A DNA stretch of 64,000 bases, taken from assembly GCA_032123495.1 (NCBI GenBank), contig JAQBFG010000068.1, positions 4,168-68,167 of the forward strand, read 5' to 3'. Within the stretch, counting starts at the first letter, position 1, and the number at the start of each line of letters is the position of its first letter. This DNA comes from Candidatus Zixiibacteriota bacterium. GTDB lineage: Bacteria; Zixibacteria; MSB-5A5; GN15; PGXB01. A model generated the notes under the pieces. That model saw nothing but the letters and a program-made list of their open reading frames with translations, was not told the origin of the DNA and did no database searches. The translations under genes were made by a program, and so were the position numbers. Below are positions 1 to 9,777 of the stretch, in pieces.

Positions 1-629
1 TCTATTTCCGAGCGAAGGATTTCAGATATTTGTGAGAGCTGCTCCTTAACAGAATCCAACTCAAGTATCACCTGCTTCGCTTCCATCTTCATCAGAATAT
101 GAGCCGCAATAGTATCGGCCTGTCGCTGATACCCTTCAACAGAAGGCATCGACAAGAGAACCTCCTCCGGTATCCTTCGGTTAAGTTTCACATATTGAGT
201 GAACAGCTCTTTGACCATCCGGGACAAAGCCTCGGTTTCTTTATCTCTTGAATTATCAGGCGGTACAATCTGTAATCGTGCGGAATAAAATCCGCCGGTT
301 TTTTTGTAAGTTTTTAATCGACATCTGATAAGTCCCTCAACCAAAACCTTTAATGTTCCATTTGGTAACTTCATAACCTGAAGTATCCGGGCCACAACTC
401 CAACCGGATGAAGGTCTTTTAGGGTGGGACTTTCGGTCGCCGGTTCTTTTTGAGCACAAAGTAAAATCAGCTTATCGAGAACCATCGCTTCATGCAAAGC
501 CGAAATTGTAAACTGACGTCCCACGAGGAGGGGATAAATCATATGCGGTAGAATGACAATATCTCGCAAAGGTAAAACCGGTAGTGAGGCTTTTACGTCA
601 ATTTTCTCTTCATTATATTCAATCTTCAT
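1..629 (-). CDS. lon: Lon protease, N-terminal domain only (gene runs off the left edge of the window)
   Basis: Absent from the ORF track because it has no stop inside the window. The reverse complement from ATG (629-627) reads MKIEYNEEKIDVKASLPVLPLRDIVILPHMIYPLLVGRQFTISALHEAM...LHPVGVVARILQVMKLPNGTLKVLVEGLIRC. This is the classic LON N-domain pattern (LPLRD..FP....P..VGR; G....I......DG..KVLVEG). Confidence 0.8.
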   Translation of the reverse strand, partial: MKIEYNEEKIDVKASLPVLPLRDIVILPHMIYPLLVGRQFTISALHEAMVLDKLILLCAQKEPATESPTLKDLHPVGVVARILQVMKLPNGTLKVLVEGLIRCRLKTYKKTGGFYSARLQIVPPDNSRDKETEALSRMVKELFTQYVKLNRRIPEEVLLSMPSVEGYQRQADTIAAHILMKMEAKQVILELDSVKEQLSQISEILRSEI

Positions 630-809
630 TTTCTTTTCCTAAAATTTCCAGTTCCATCATATTAAAATTACAACCTGCAATCTAAGCAATTCGCGGCCTG
701 ATGGTGAGGATTTTTTTACAAAAATATATCCCCGGGCAAAAAAGTGATTTTGACCCCGAGGATAATAATAATTGAATATTCAGATTAATACAATATTATC
801 ACATATTCC

Positions 810-1820
810 TTACACTCCAACCGGTTGAGTTTGAGCTTGAGATTGGCCTGATTTTTTGAGAAGTTCTTCCTTTTCAAGGTATATTTTCTCGAGAGAGATA
901 TACATTTCAGCCAGCTTTTTATTGGCATCAGACAATATTTCAATCAAATCGCCAACCTCTAATTCAAGATACTGGGCCAGCTTAATAGACTGAACAATAG
1001 ACTCTTTCCTGATTTTATTCAGATCATCTTCTTTAATTTGGAGGTTTTTTGATATCTCCTGAATAAATTCAATATTCTGCTCGATATCAGGATAATAGTC
1101 ATCAAAGGGACCAAGTGTGAGTCGGTCGGCCAATGCAATAATATTGTTAAAAGTGGAATCCTCCTGAATAATCCCAGTATTATCGCAGTCATGATGATTC
1201 TGAACGGCAAAAGTAAGTTTTGTCGGAAGGTTCCATGATTCAACAAGTTCGGCCCCAACATCGCAATGAGTACAACCAAGCAATTTCTTTTCGGCCTCAA
1301 ATAAGCCTTTGCCTGATTGTCTCATCTCATTAAGAACCTTCTCATATTCATCCTTAAAATGCAGTATCATAACCAGAATGCCGACATCATGAAGAATACC
1401 CCCAACAAAAGCTTCTTCCTGATCGCCAGGTTTGACCACTTCGGCAATACTGCGGGCAATTGAGGCGACCTCAATAAAATGTCGGCTGATTCTTTTGATA
1501 TTGAATTTTTCGGCGAGATCCTGACCGCCAACAATTGAAAAGACCGAACTGCTTAGCGCCAGAATTTTCAAACTGTTGACACCCATAACCGTTACCGCTT
1601 CGGAAATTTTACTAACCCGCCGGGATCGATTGTAATGGGCCGAGTTTACCATTTTAAGGACCAATGTTGTTAGTGAGACATCAGTAGATATCGCCTTGGC
1701 AATCTCTTTGGCGCCGGTGTTGGGATCATCGACTGCTTTAAGAACTGCCGCCAACGTTTGCGGCAGGGCACCAATTTGATGGATGCTGGAGACTATTTCT
1801 TTTGGGCTTATATTTTCCAT
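810..1820 (-). CDS. HDOD-domain signalling protein with a C-terminal coiled coil
   Basis: 336-aa ORF. HDOD-like segments: LPQTLAAVLKAVDDPNTGAKEIAKAISTDVSLTTLVLKMVNSAHY, GILHDVGILV, HCDVGAELVESWNLP, VQNHH. The tail is K/E-rich and helical. Confidence 0.7.
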   Translation of the reverse strand: MENISPKEIVSSIHQIGALPQTLAAVLKAVDDPNTGAKEIAKAISTDVSLTTLVLKMVNSAHYNRSRRVSKISEAVTVMGVNSLKILALSSSVFSIVGGQDLAEKFNIKRISRHFIEVASIARSIAEVVKPGDQEEAFVGGILHDVGILVMILHFKDEYEKVLNEMRQSGKGLFEAEKKLLGCTHCDVGAELVESWNLPTKLTFAVQNHHDCDNTGIIQEDSTFNNIIALADRLTLGPFDDYYPDIEQNIEFIQEISKNLQIKEDDLNKIRKESIVQSIKLAQYLELEVGDLIEILSDANKKLAEMYISLEKIYLEKEELLKKSGQSQAQTQPVGV

Positions 1821-1933
1821 ATATTTCTCTCCTATTAAGAAATGCAGGGGTTTAAGGAAAGTTTGCTCTTTGGAAAATATATCGGATTTTTCCGACTAAC
1901 TAATTAGCTCAGAAATAGAACAGAATTTTGCCG

Positions 1934-1955
1934 AGTATTGGCCGTTTCCAATACT
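1934..1955 (-). terminator. Stem-loop 4 nt after the pcrA stop (possible weak terminator)
   Basis: AGTATTGG-6 nt-CCAATACT is a perfect 8-bp inverted repeat. Only a patchy T-rich tract follows on the - strand. Confidence 0.3.
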
Positions 1956-1959
1956 AACC

Positions 1960-4155
1960 CTAACCAACAACTTTAAGCCTTGCAAATTTGGCCATAATTC
2001 TTTTTTGGCCGACCCCGGTAAAAAATATCTCCAGGCGAAGAGATTCGCCAGCCCCTTCAACTCCGGTGACTTTTCCCCGGCCAAAAGTCGGATGTTGAAC
2101 TATACACCCGGGGCGAAGAATCTCCTCTTCTTCATACTCATAATAGACACCGCTTTTGGCAGATGTTTCAGATTGAACCGGTTTGGGGCGCGATTGATAT
2201 GAATTATATGATCGTTCCGGTTGATAGTGGCGTTTGTCAGATGTCTCCACCAATCCGGGCGGCAGTTCCTTTATAAACCGGGACGGAATCGCACCCATCT
2301 CCCCATAGCGGCCACGACTGGCGGCCATCGACAGGAATAGATTACGTTTGGCTCTGGTTGCCCCGACATAGAACAGACGACGTTCCTCCTCAAGCTCCAA
2401 CGGGTCCTCAATTGCCCGTCCCAGAGGAAAGAGACCATCCTCAAGGCCAACCATAAAGATCGCCATAAACTCCAGACCTTTGGCAGAATGAAGAGTCATC
2501 AGCGAAAGTTTATCTTCTATCTCGTCATACTTATCCAAATCGGTATAGAGTGAGATCTCGGCGAGAAAATTATCAAGAGTCGGTTCTGTCGAAGAGGCGG
2601 CAAATTCAACCGCCGCGGCAATAAATTCATCGATATTTTCCACCCGACTCTGCCCCATCACCGGATCTTCCTCAATTAATATTTCTGGCAGACCAAGTTT
2701 ATCGACCAACTGCTGAATCAGTGTTCCGATATCGACAAAATTTTTCTGTTCAATAAACGGTTCCACCAAATCAATAAATTTAGAAAGGAGCGTTTTGGGA
2801 CGACTGCCAAGTTGGTCACATTCCTCAAGTCTTCCGCAGGCCTCAAGAATTGAAATATTCTTTTCGGCGGCAAATTCACGAAGTTTGACAATGCTGGTTT
2901 CGCCAATTCCCCGTTTGGGATAGTTGACAATCCGCTGAAATGAAATATCATCTTTCCCATTGGCCAATAATTTTAGATAGGCGATAACATCCTTGATCTC
3001 TTTTCGCTGATAAAATGAAACCGATCCAAATATCTGATATGGTAAATTGTGTCTTCTCAGATGTTCCTCAAATGCTCTTGATTGGGCGTTGGTGCGATAC
3101 AAAATAGCCATGTCTTTTAGCATATACTTCTGCCGGCACGATTCAATTGCCTCTATAATCGATTTGGCCTCATCTGAGGCAGTATCATTCAAGATCAATC
3201 GAACCGGATCACCCTGATCGATTTCGGTCCAGAGGACTTTGCCCTTCCTCGCTTCATTATTGGCAATCACCGCTGAAGCCGCTTCAAGAATTGTCCGAGT
3301 GGAACGATAATTCTGCTCCAACTTGATAACTTTGGCACCAGAGAAATCTTTTTCAAAATTGAGAATATTGGAAATATCGGCTCCACGCCAGCGGTAGATC
3401 GATTGATCTTCATCACCAACAACACAGATATTATGATGCGGCCCAATCAGAAATTTTAACAAACTATACTGGCTATGATTGGTATCCTGATATTCATCAA
3501 CCAGAATATATTTCAGCTTATTTTGATAATTAAGACGAATATTTTCATTTTCTTTAAGCAGCCGGACCGCCTGGAAAATCAGATCATCAAAATCGAAAGC
3601 ATAACATTCGGTGAGCCGCCGCTCATACATCTGATATATCTCGGCGGTTCGGGTCTCAAAGTACCCTGATGCTTTCTGCGCAAAAGCAGCCGCGTTTTCC
3701 ATTTTGTTTTTGGCACTCGAAATTTTCCGGCGAACCGATTGAAAAGTAAACTGAGTGCGCGACAAACCGAGCTGATCGATACAATTTTTAACCAGAGCTT
3801 TGGCATCATCCTCATCATAGATAACAAAATTCGTCGGATAACCGATAGCAGTCGCTTCCCTTCGCAGAAGCATTGCGCAAAAAGAATGAAAAGTCGAGAC
3901 AGTCAGACCATAGGTATTTCCCTCAAGCAGACTTTCTATCCGCTCCTTCATTTCGCGGGCAGCTTTGTTGGTAAATGTCACCGCCATAATATTAAACGGC
4001 TCGGCCAGCCCGCAATTGAGGATATGAGCTACTCTTGAAGTCAGAACTCGGGTTTTCCCTGAGCCGGCCCCGGCAATTATCAATAGAGGGCCTTCGGTGG
4101 TGGTTACCGCCTCTTTCTGCTTCGGGTTGAGATTATCTAAGTATTCCTGTTTCAT
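1960..4155 (-). CDS. pcrA: ATP-dependent DNA helicase PcrA/UvrD (SF1A)
   Basis: 731 aa carrying all SF1 motifs in order: AGAGSGKT (I), VDEYQDTN (II), VGDEDQSIYRWRGA (III), LEQNYRS (IV), TLHSAKGLEF (V), FYVGATRAK (VI). Confidence 0.92.
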   Translation of the reverse strand: MKQEYLDNLNPKQKEAVTTTEGPLLIIAGAGSGKTRVLTSRVAHILNCGLAEPFNIMAVTFTNKAAREMKERIESLLEGNTYGLTVSTFHSFCAMLLRREATAIGYPTNFVIYDEDDAKALVKNCIDQLGLSRTQFTFQSVRRKISSAKNKMENAAAFAQKASGYFETRTAEIYQMYERRLTECYAFDFDDLIFQAVRLLKENENIRLNYQNKLKYILVDEYQDTNHSQYSLLKFLIGPHHNICVVGDEDQSIYRWRGADISNILNFEKDFSGAKVIKLEQNYRSTRTILEAASAVIANNEARKGKVLWTEIDQGDPVRLILNDTASDEAKSIIEAIESCRQKYMLKDMAILYRTNAQSRAFEEHLRRHNLPYQIFGSVSFYQRKEIKDVIAYLKLLANGKDDISFQRIVNYPKRGIGETSIVKLREFAAEKNISILEACGRLEECDQLGSRPKTLLSKFIDLVEPFIEQKNFVDIGTLIQQLVDKLGLPEILIEEDPVMGQSRVENIDEFIAAAVEFAASSTEPTLDNFLAEISLYTDLDKYDEIEDKLSLMTLHSAKGLEFMAIFMVGLEDGLFPLGRAIEDPLELEEERRLFYVGATRAKRNLFLSMAASRGRYGEMGAIPSRFIKELPPGLVETSDKRHYQPERSYNSYQSRPKPVQSETSAKSGVYYEYEEEEILRPGCIVQHPTFGRGKVTGVEGAGESLRLEIFFTGVGQKRIMAKFARLKVVG

Positions 4156-4247
4156 TTGTTGTCCTATATCATAAAGAACCTGAATATAGCGGTATCATTT
4201 TTTTTGGCAAGTTAATATCAATCACTACTTGAAAAAGTCGCCAAAAA

Positions 4248-6074
4248 ATGTATTATAAGGGTATGTCAAAACTGAAGTTGATTCAATATATCGTTTTGGT
4301 GCTGTTTTGCGCTTTCTTTGTTTATAATGCAATCTCTTATTCATTTACTCAGGACGATGCTTTTATCTCATACCGTTATGTCAAAAACTTCCTGAACGGC
4401 GATGGTTTGACTTTTAATCCGGGTGATCCGGTCGAGGGTTATACCAGCCTGTTTTTTATTCTTCTTTTGTCTCTTCTGGGCCGATTTGGGATCGATATTA
4501 TTATTGCATCCAAGGTAATTGGGGTGGCTTCGGGTGTCGCAATTATTTTTCTCTCATATTTCTGGAGCCGCAAACTTCCCGGTTTTGAAGATGAACCGGT
4601 TTTGCCTCTTGCCGTTCCGTTTTTGCTGATTACCAATGGTGCTTTTGCGTACTGGTCGATTTCAGGAATGGAGACGCTTCTATTTGCGGCTCTGATTTTG
4701 TTTGGCATATATCTCGCCTCAAACAAGAATCTTCTGTTTATCCCGATTTATGCTATCGCAACATTAACCCGTCCCGAAGCAGGTTTGATATTTGTGATAA
4801 TTTTGATATATATGATTTACTCCAAAGTATTCTGTATTAAAGATGCACTCAAATATTTTGCGCTGTTTGTTATTTCTATTTTACCTCAATTTATTTTCCG
4901 CTTGATCTACTACCATGATATCCTGCCGAATCCGTTTTATGCCAAAACCGGATCATCGGTTGAGTATCTGATCTCCGGTTTCGAATATGTCTCGCTATTT
5001 TTTAGTTATTACGGTCTTTATGGCGCGTTATTGTTGATTCCTTTATTCGCCGCCAAATACTTTTCCCGTCCACTGCAACTTATTCTGGCTGTCACTTTTA
5101 TTTATACTTTATATGTTTTGTTGATCGGCGGCGATGTCCTGCACTGTTTCCGATTTTTTGTTCCGGTGATAACTCTGTTTTATATGCTTTTTGTCTGTTC
5201 TTTAATATATCTGGCAAAAAATTCGGAGATGTTTAAAAACAAAACTTATAACAGTGCCATAATTTCAATAATTCTTATTATTGGCGTTTTTTCATATTTT
5301 GCACCGGCGGATCATATCAAAGGTTTTCTGGTCGCCGAGCGCGGACTGGTCAATAAAATGACGCATCTTGCTTTTATTTTAAAACCACATGCCCAATCAA
5401 ATAACAAAATAGCCTGCAGTACTGTTGGTGCCTTTAGTTATTACAGTAACGCCAATGTGATTGACATGCTCGGCTTGACCGATCGCAACATTGCCAAAAA
5501 TCCGCAAACCATTGACAACATTCATTCTCATTGGAAAGAACGGAATTATAATATCCCGTATATCATGGAAAATAATCCCGATTTTATTATTTTCTCCACC
5601 GGTTGGAAACCATCGGCACCGGCGGAGAAAGCGCTGTTTCTGTCATCCAAATTCAGACAGGGGTACTATCCGGTTTTTGGGGTTGGTGCCGAGATGAAAG
5701 TTATCTTCAAACGCCGCCCTGATTTTGCCGGCGAAGATGTCTATTTCGATGACCCGTTTTTTATTGATCTGTTTGCCGAGGCAATCAATCGTAAGTCGCG
5801 CAATAAATATGATGAGGCTTTTACGTTGGCGCTCCAGTCTATTATGAAAGGTCCACCTGATTTTTATCTGCCGCTGTCGCTAATGGGTCAGATACAGCTT
5901 GAGTTTGGGGAGACGGCCGATGGTATCACCTTTCTTAAGGAAGCAATGAAAAGATCTAACGGTTATGCCACTCTGTCGGCCGATAAACTGGCCCGGTACT
6001 ATGAAGCAATTGGGGACAGTACAGCCGCCGCAGAGATCAATCTGAATCAACTAAGAGTTAACCGGTTGGATTAA
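4248..6074 (+). CDS. Polytopic membrane protein, GT-C (ArnT/PMT-like) glycosyltransferase candidate, with a C-terminal TPR-like soluble tail
   Basis: 608 aa with roughly 10 or more hydrophobic helices. A DDAFISYRY motif follows the first TM, as in GT-C-fold enzymes. The last ~110 aa are helical and TPR-like. The family call is by resemblance only, and the start could be the second ATG (MSKLKL). Confidence 0.5.
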   Translation: MYYKGMSKLKLIQYIVLVLFCAFFVYNAISYSFTQDDAFISYRYVKNFLNGDGLTFNPGDPVEGYTSLFFILLLSLLGRFGIDIIIASKVIGVASGVAIIFLSYFWSRKLPGFEDEPVLPLAVPFLLITNGAFAYWSISGMETLLFAALILFGIYLASNKNLLFIPIYAIATLTRPEAGLIFVIILIYMIYSKVFCIKDALKYFALFVISILPQFIFRLIYYHDILPNPFYAKTGSSVEYLISGFEYVSLFFSYYGLYGALLLIPLFAAKYFSRPLQLILAVTFIYTLYVLLIGGDVLHCFRFFVPVITLFYMLFVCSLIYLAKNSEMFKNKTYNSAIISIILIIGVFSYFAPADHIKGFLVAERGLVNKMTHLAFILKPHAQSNNKIACSTVGAFSYYSNANVIDMLGLTDRNIAKNPQTIDNIHSHWKERNYNIPYIMENNPDFIIFSTGWKPSAPAEKALFLSSKFRQGYYPVFGVGAEMKVIFKRRPDFAGEDVYFDDPFFIDLFAEAINRKSRNKYDEAFTLALQSIMKGPPDFYLPLSLMGQIQLEFGETADGITFLKEAMKRSNGYATLSADKLARYYEAIGDSTAAAEINLNQLRVNRLD

Positions 6075-6086
6075 ACAGTTAGTCAA

Positions 6087-7868
6087 TTACCAGCTGCCGC
6101 CACCACCGCCGCCGCCGCCGCCACCTGATGACCCACCGGAACTACCGCCTCGACCGGAAAAACCTCCCCTTCTGGACAATCCGCTGCCCCTTGGGGCGGA
6201 AAATACTGTTGAACCTATATGTGCGGCAGTATCATTTATCGATTTTGAAAAGCTGGTGGAATTAAATATCATGGAATTATTATGGCCGACGTACCATTTG
6301 GGTGGCTCAGTCAGAATATCCGCAAAAGAATCAATCCAATTATCGGTCACATCTAGTGCAATTGCATAAGGCAGATATTTGTAGAACAGATCCTTACCCA
6401 TTCTTTGAATTCTGTCTTTATCGGCACGATTCAGAAATTCACGAAATCCCAATATTCCCACTTTTGCCAAGGCCCCGGTTTTTGTTTTTGCTGGCATCGC
6501 CTTGGAAAAAGCCATGATGATCGTACCGGACAAAGCAGCGGCAATCATGCCTTTAATGGGAGAATCAGGCAGAACAAAATTAAAGACAATGACTCCAAAT
6601 AAAATAGTTAAGAAACCGGTTGTATTATATAAGCCTCTTATCTTTGCCGGATTGATAGTAAAGTACCGCCTATTAATCAATTCGTTAAACATGATTTCTT
6701 TTAATTTTGGTAATTTTCTGTAAAATCTATTATTTAACTTCGAAACTGGTGTTTGATTGGAATCATCTGAAAAAAGGCCATCTAATAATGTAGCTTCAAA
6801 TTTGTTTAAGGTCTGATCCGATTCTTTTAGCTTTTTAATGGTAAACTCGCTTATTGATCCTGATAAATCTCCTTTATCTTTGGAATATTCCTGTAATTCA
6901 ATAAATCCTTTAACAGCCAGATTAATTATACTCGAGGTAATATCTCGTTGATCAAAAGATTCATCCACCAGGGCACCAACCTGAGCAGGCGTTAATGGTT
7001 CGTTATTATATTTGGGAGGCTCATACAGCACCGCAACAGCCTCACGCACCTTGGGATCGCGTCCGCTAAAAATCCAGCGGAGACACAAAAAAATAAAAAT
7101 AACGATCGGTATGATAAACACCCAATTTTCTGCCAGATTTGATTTCCATAGAAGTTGCTGGTAATCCGAAGGAGGAGCGACAATTTCTTTGTCCCATCCC
7201 AATGCAATCGTAAATCCTTCGTCGATATCCAATGGTATTTCGGTCGCAAAATAAGCCGTCTTATCGGAAGTTTCAAAATTACATGCCGATGCGGTGGAAC
7301 CATGGCGGCCGGTGTAACAGGCGCCGGTGAGTTTTGAATTAGGTTTATCTGTGTTTAATGTGACCGTTGCCGAAGATTTTATAATTGGGGCGCGCCATAA
7401 ATCTCCGGTAACATTCCAATAAAGTTCGTCATGATCATCAAAAAACAGTATTGTGTTATCAACTTGATAACTAATAACATAGATTTGTTGTCCATCAACA
7501 TACCGATCCGCATCACCAATTCGAATACTCACAAAATTGGATTTATACTCGATAAGGCTTGGTCTTGATCTGCCATTCTCATCTTTAACCGAATTTACCG
7601 ATATCGGCATCACAAGTTCATCACCAAGTTCATCTTCATAACGACATGGGATTTCTCGATAGATACCATGTTTTGGTCGCTCAAATTGAACCGTAATAAC
7701 TTCGGTAACATCAATTGTTGCATCTTCATTGATAATTATTTCGGCATGAAAATCTTCAATAGTAAATTGTTGTGCAAAACTGACTGAACATAGGCCCGAA
7801 ATAATTATAGGAAACAGTAATCCAATAAACAGTTTTGTACCAAAATTTCTTTTTACTTTTTTCCTCAT
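6087..7868 (-). CDS. DUF2207-family membrane protein, paralogue A
   Basis: The ORF track gives 6087..7910. I prefer the internal ATG at 7868 (MRKKVKRNF...) because GGGAGG sits 5 nt upstream and the paralogue starts at the equivalent place. The architecture is an N-terminal extracytoplasmic domain (QQFTIEDFHAEIIINEDA, HDELYWNVTGD), TM helices, and a Gly/Ser tail ending GGGGGGGGGGSW. It lies downstream of lemA, the well-known LemA-DUF2207 pairing. Confidence 0.75.
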   Translation of the reverse strand: MRKKVKRNFGTKLFIGLLFPIIISGLCSVSFAQQFTIEDFHAEIIINEDATIDVTEVITVQFERPKHGIYREIPCRYEDELGDELVMPISVNSVKDENGRSRPSLIEYKSNFVSIRIGDADRYVDGQQIYVISYQVDNTILFFDDHDELYWNVTGDLWRAPIIKSSATVTLNTDKPNSKLTGACYTGRHGSTASACNFETSDKTAYFATEIPLDIDEGFTIALGWDKEIVAPPSDYQQLLWKSNLAENWVFIIPIVIFIFLCLRWIFSGRDPKVREAVAVLYEPPKYNNEPLTPAQVGALVDESFDQRDITSSIINLAVKGFIELQEYSKDKGDLSGSISEFTIKKLKESDQTLNKFEATLLDGLFSDDSNQTPVSKLNNRFYRKLPKLKEIMFNELINRRYFTINPAKIRGLYNTTGFLTILFGVIVFNFVLPDSPIKGMIAAALSGTIIMAFSKAMPAKTKTGALAKVGILGFREFLNRADKDRIQRMGKDLFYKYLPYAIALDVTDNWIDSFADILTEPPKWYVGHNNSMIFNSTSFSKSINDTAAHIGSTVFSAPRGSGLSRRGGFSGRGGSSGGSSGGGGGGGGGGSW

Positions 7869-7911
7869 AGTTCCCTCCCAATAAAATCGGTCGACTACCC
7901 CACCAGACATT

Positions 7912-7984
7912 TTGAGGCAATCGTCAACACACCGCAGCAGCAGAAATCAATTTATCACAGCTAAAAGTTAATCGGCTAAATTAG
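7912..7984 (+). pseudogene. Fossil 3' end of a second copy of the 4248..6074-type membrane-protein gene
   Basis: 7931-7984 reads TAAAEINLSQLKVNRLN*. This is in gap-free register with 6021-6074 (TAAAEINLNQLRVNRLD*), the real C-terminus of the upstream gene. Both stops lie exactly 12 nt from a DUF2207 stop. Upstream similarity (EAI..) continues to about 7913 with a 1-nt frame shift, then ends. Confidence 0.6.
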
Positions 7985-7996
7985 AGCAAAGGCATC

Positions 7997-9760
7997 TTAC
8001 CAGCTGCCGCCACCACCGCCGCCGCCGCCGCCACCTGATGACCCACCGGAACTACCGCCTCGACCTGACGTGCCGCTGCCCCGCGGAGTCGAAAAGACGG
8101 TCGAACCAATATGCGATGTTGCGGCTGTCAATGATTGTGAAAATCTGCTCGCACTAAAGGCCGTTGTACCATAGTGACCAACATACCAGGAGGGCGGTTC
8201 TGTTAACATCTCTGAAAAGGCATCGATCCAATTATCGGTGACATCAAGTGCAATCGCGTAAGGCAAATATTTATAAAACAGATTTGGACCCATTCTTTTG
8301 ATTCTGTCCTTATCGGCGCGATTCATGAATTCGCGAAAACCGAGAATTTCCATCTTTGTTAAAGCACCAGACTTTGTTTTTGCAGGCATTGCATTGGCAA
8401 AAGCTATTATTGCCACTCCCGATAAAAATCCGGAGACCAGACCTTTCCAGGGTGCGCCTGGTGACAAGGAATAAAGAATAAACATCCCGCCCAAAAGTAC
8501 CGCCATCCCAATCAATCCGTATTTCCCTTTGACTTTAGTCGGGTTAGTACTAAAATAGTTTTTCTTCACCAATTCATCGAACATAATTTTATGAAGCTTG
8601 GGCAGGTTTATGAAGAATTTATTTTTTAGTTCTGAAATAATCATACTGTTTGTGCTATTGGGGAATAATAACTTCATTAAGGTCTGCTCAAATTCGCTTA
8701 ATTTATCGTCAGGTTCTTTAAGTTTTTCTAAGCTAAAATCTGTTTTGGGAGTGATGAACATAATTTTTTCGCCGGTTATTTCGCGTATCTCTACAAAACC
8801 TTTCACTCCCAAATTAATCATACTTGAGGTTATATCTCTTTGGTCAAGCCTCTCATCTACCAACGCTCCGACTTGGGCAGGGGTTAATGGCGTATTGTTA
8901 TATTGGGGAGGATCATACATCACTGTGACTGCTTCACGCACCCTGGGATCACGTCCTTTGCTATACCAGTGGAAAAACATAAAAACGAAAATAATTAAAG
9001 GTATGGAAAAGACCCAGTTTTCCCTTATGTTTGCAGACAGGAGAAATAGCTGCCAATCAGATGGTGGGGTAACAATTCCTTTGTCCCATCCAAGTGCAAT
9101 AGTAAATCCTTCGTTAACATTTAGCGATTGATTTGTCGTAAACTGAGCTTTTTTATCGCCGGTTTCAAAACTGCATTCCGACTTGCTGGAACCTTTCCGG
9201 CCGGTGTAACAGGCGCCAATTAGTTTTGAATTTGGTTTATCCGTATTTAATATAACAGTGACCGAGGTTTTTATAATAGGAGCGCGCCATAAATCGCCGG
9301 TGACATTCCAGTAAAGCTCATCATGATCCTCAAAAAACAGGATCGAATTTTCAACCTGATAACTAATTATATAAATCTGCCGCCCGTCAACATAAATATT
9401 TGCATCACCAATCCTGATATTCACAAAATTTGATTCTTTGGAAACTTTGTATTCCCAATCTTCACCATTTTCATCAGTAACCGATTTTACCGAAATCGGC
9501 ATAATAAGTTCATCGCCAAGTTCATCTTCATAGAGATATGGAATTTCACGATAAATACCATGTTTTTGCCGATCGAATTCGACTTCGATAGTTTCGGTCA
9601 CATCAATAGATGCATCTTCATTTATAATTATCTCAGCATGAAAATCTTCAATTGTAAATTGTTGGGCATTACCAATCGCATAAAAAACCAAAATAAATAT
9701 CGGCAGCAATAAACTGATATATATTTTTGCACCATCTCTTTTTCTATTTCTGCTTATCAT
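7997..9760 (-). CDS. DUF2207-family membrane protein, paralogue B
   Basis: 587 aa, collinear with paralogue A (for example QQFTIEDFHAEIIINEDASIDVTE..., KHGIYREIPYLYEDELGDELIMPISV). It has the same GGGGGGGGGGSW tail. GAGGGA lies upstream of the ATG. Confidence 0.75.
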   Translation of the reverse strand: MISRNRKRDGAKIYISLLLPIFILVFYAIGNAQQFTIEDFHAEIIINEDASIDVTETIEVEFDRQKHGIYREIPYLYEDELGDELIMPISVKSVTDENGEDWEYKVSKESNFVNIRIGDANIYVDGRQIYIISYQVENSILFFEDHDELYWNVTGDLWRAPIIKTSVTVILNTDKPNSKLIGACYTGRKGSSKSECSFETGDKKAQFTTNQSLNVNEGFTIALGWDKGIVTPPSDWQLFLLSANIRENWVFSIPLIIFVFMFFHWYSKGRDPRVREAVTVMYDPPQYNNTPLTPAQVGALVDERLDQRDITSSMINLGVKGFVEIREITGEKIMFITPKTDFSLEKLKEPDDKLSEFEQTLMKLLFPNSTNSMIISELKNKFFINLPKLHKIMFDELVKKNYFSTNPTKVKGKYGLIGMAVLLGGMFILYSLSPGAPWKGLVSGFLSGVAIIAFANAMPAKTKSGALTKMEILGFREFMNRADKDRIKRMGPNLFYKYLPYAIALDVTDNWIDAFSEMLTEPPSWYVGHYGTTAFSASRFSQSLTAATSHIGSTVFSTPRGSGTSGRGGSSGGSSGGGGGGGGGGSW

Positions 9761-9777
9761 AATTCCCTCACGACGTA

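Noticed and set aside
1960-4155. The UvrD-like helicase as part of a defence system (for example Gabija GajB or a Hachiman-like helicase)
   Set aside because: Its motifs are full length and collinear with housekeeping PcrA/UvrD. No nuclease partner is adjacent, and it is flanked by lon and HDOD genes.
7869-7910. N-terminal extension MSGGVVDRFYWEGT of the first DUF2207 ORF
   Set aside because: The extension has no counterpart in the paralogue and no RBS. The internal ATG at 7868 has GGGAGG upstream and gives a normal signal-anchor N-terminus.
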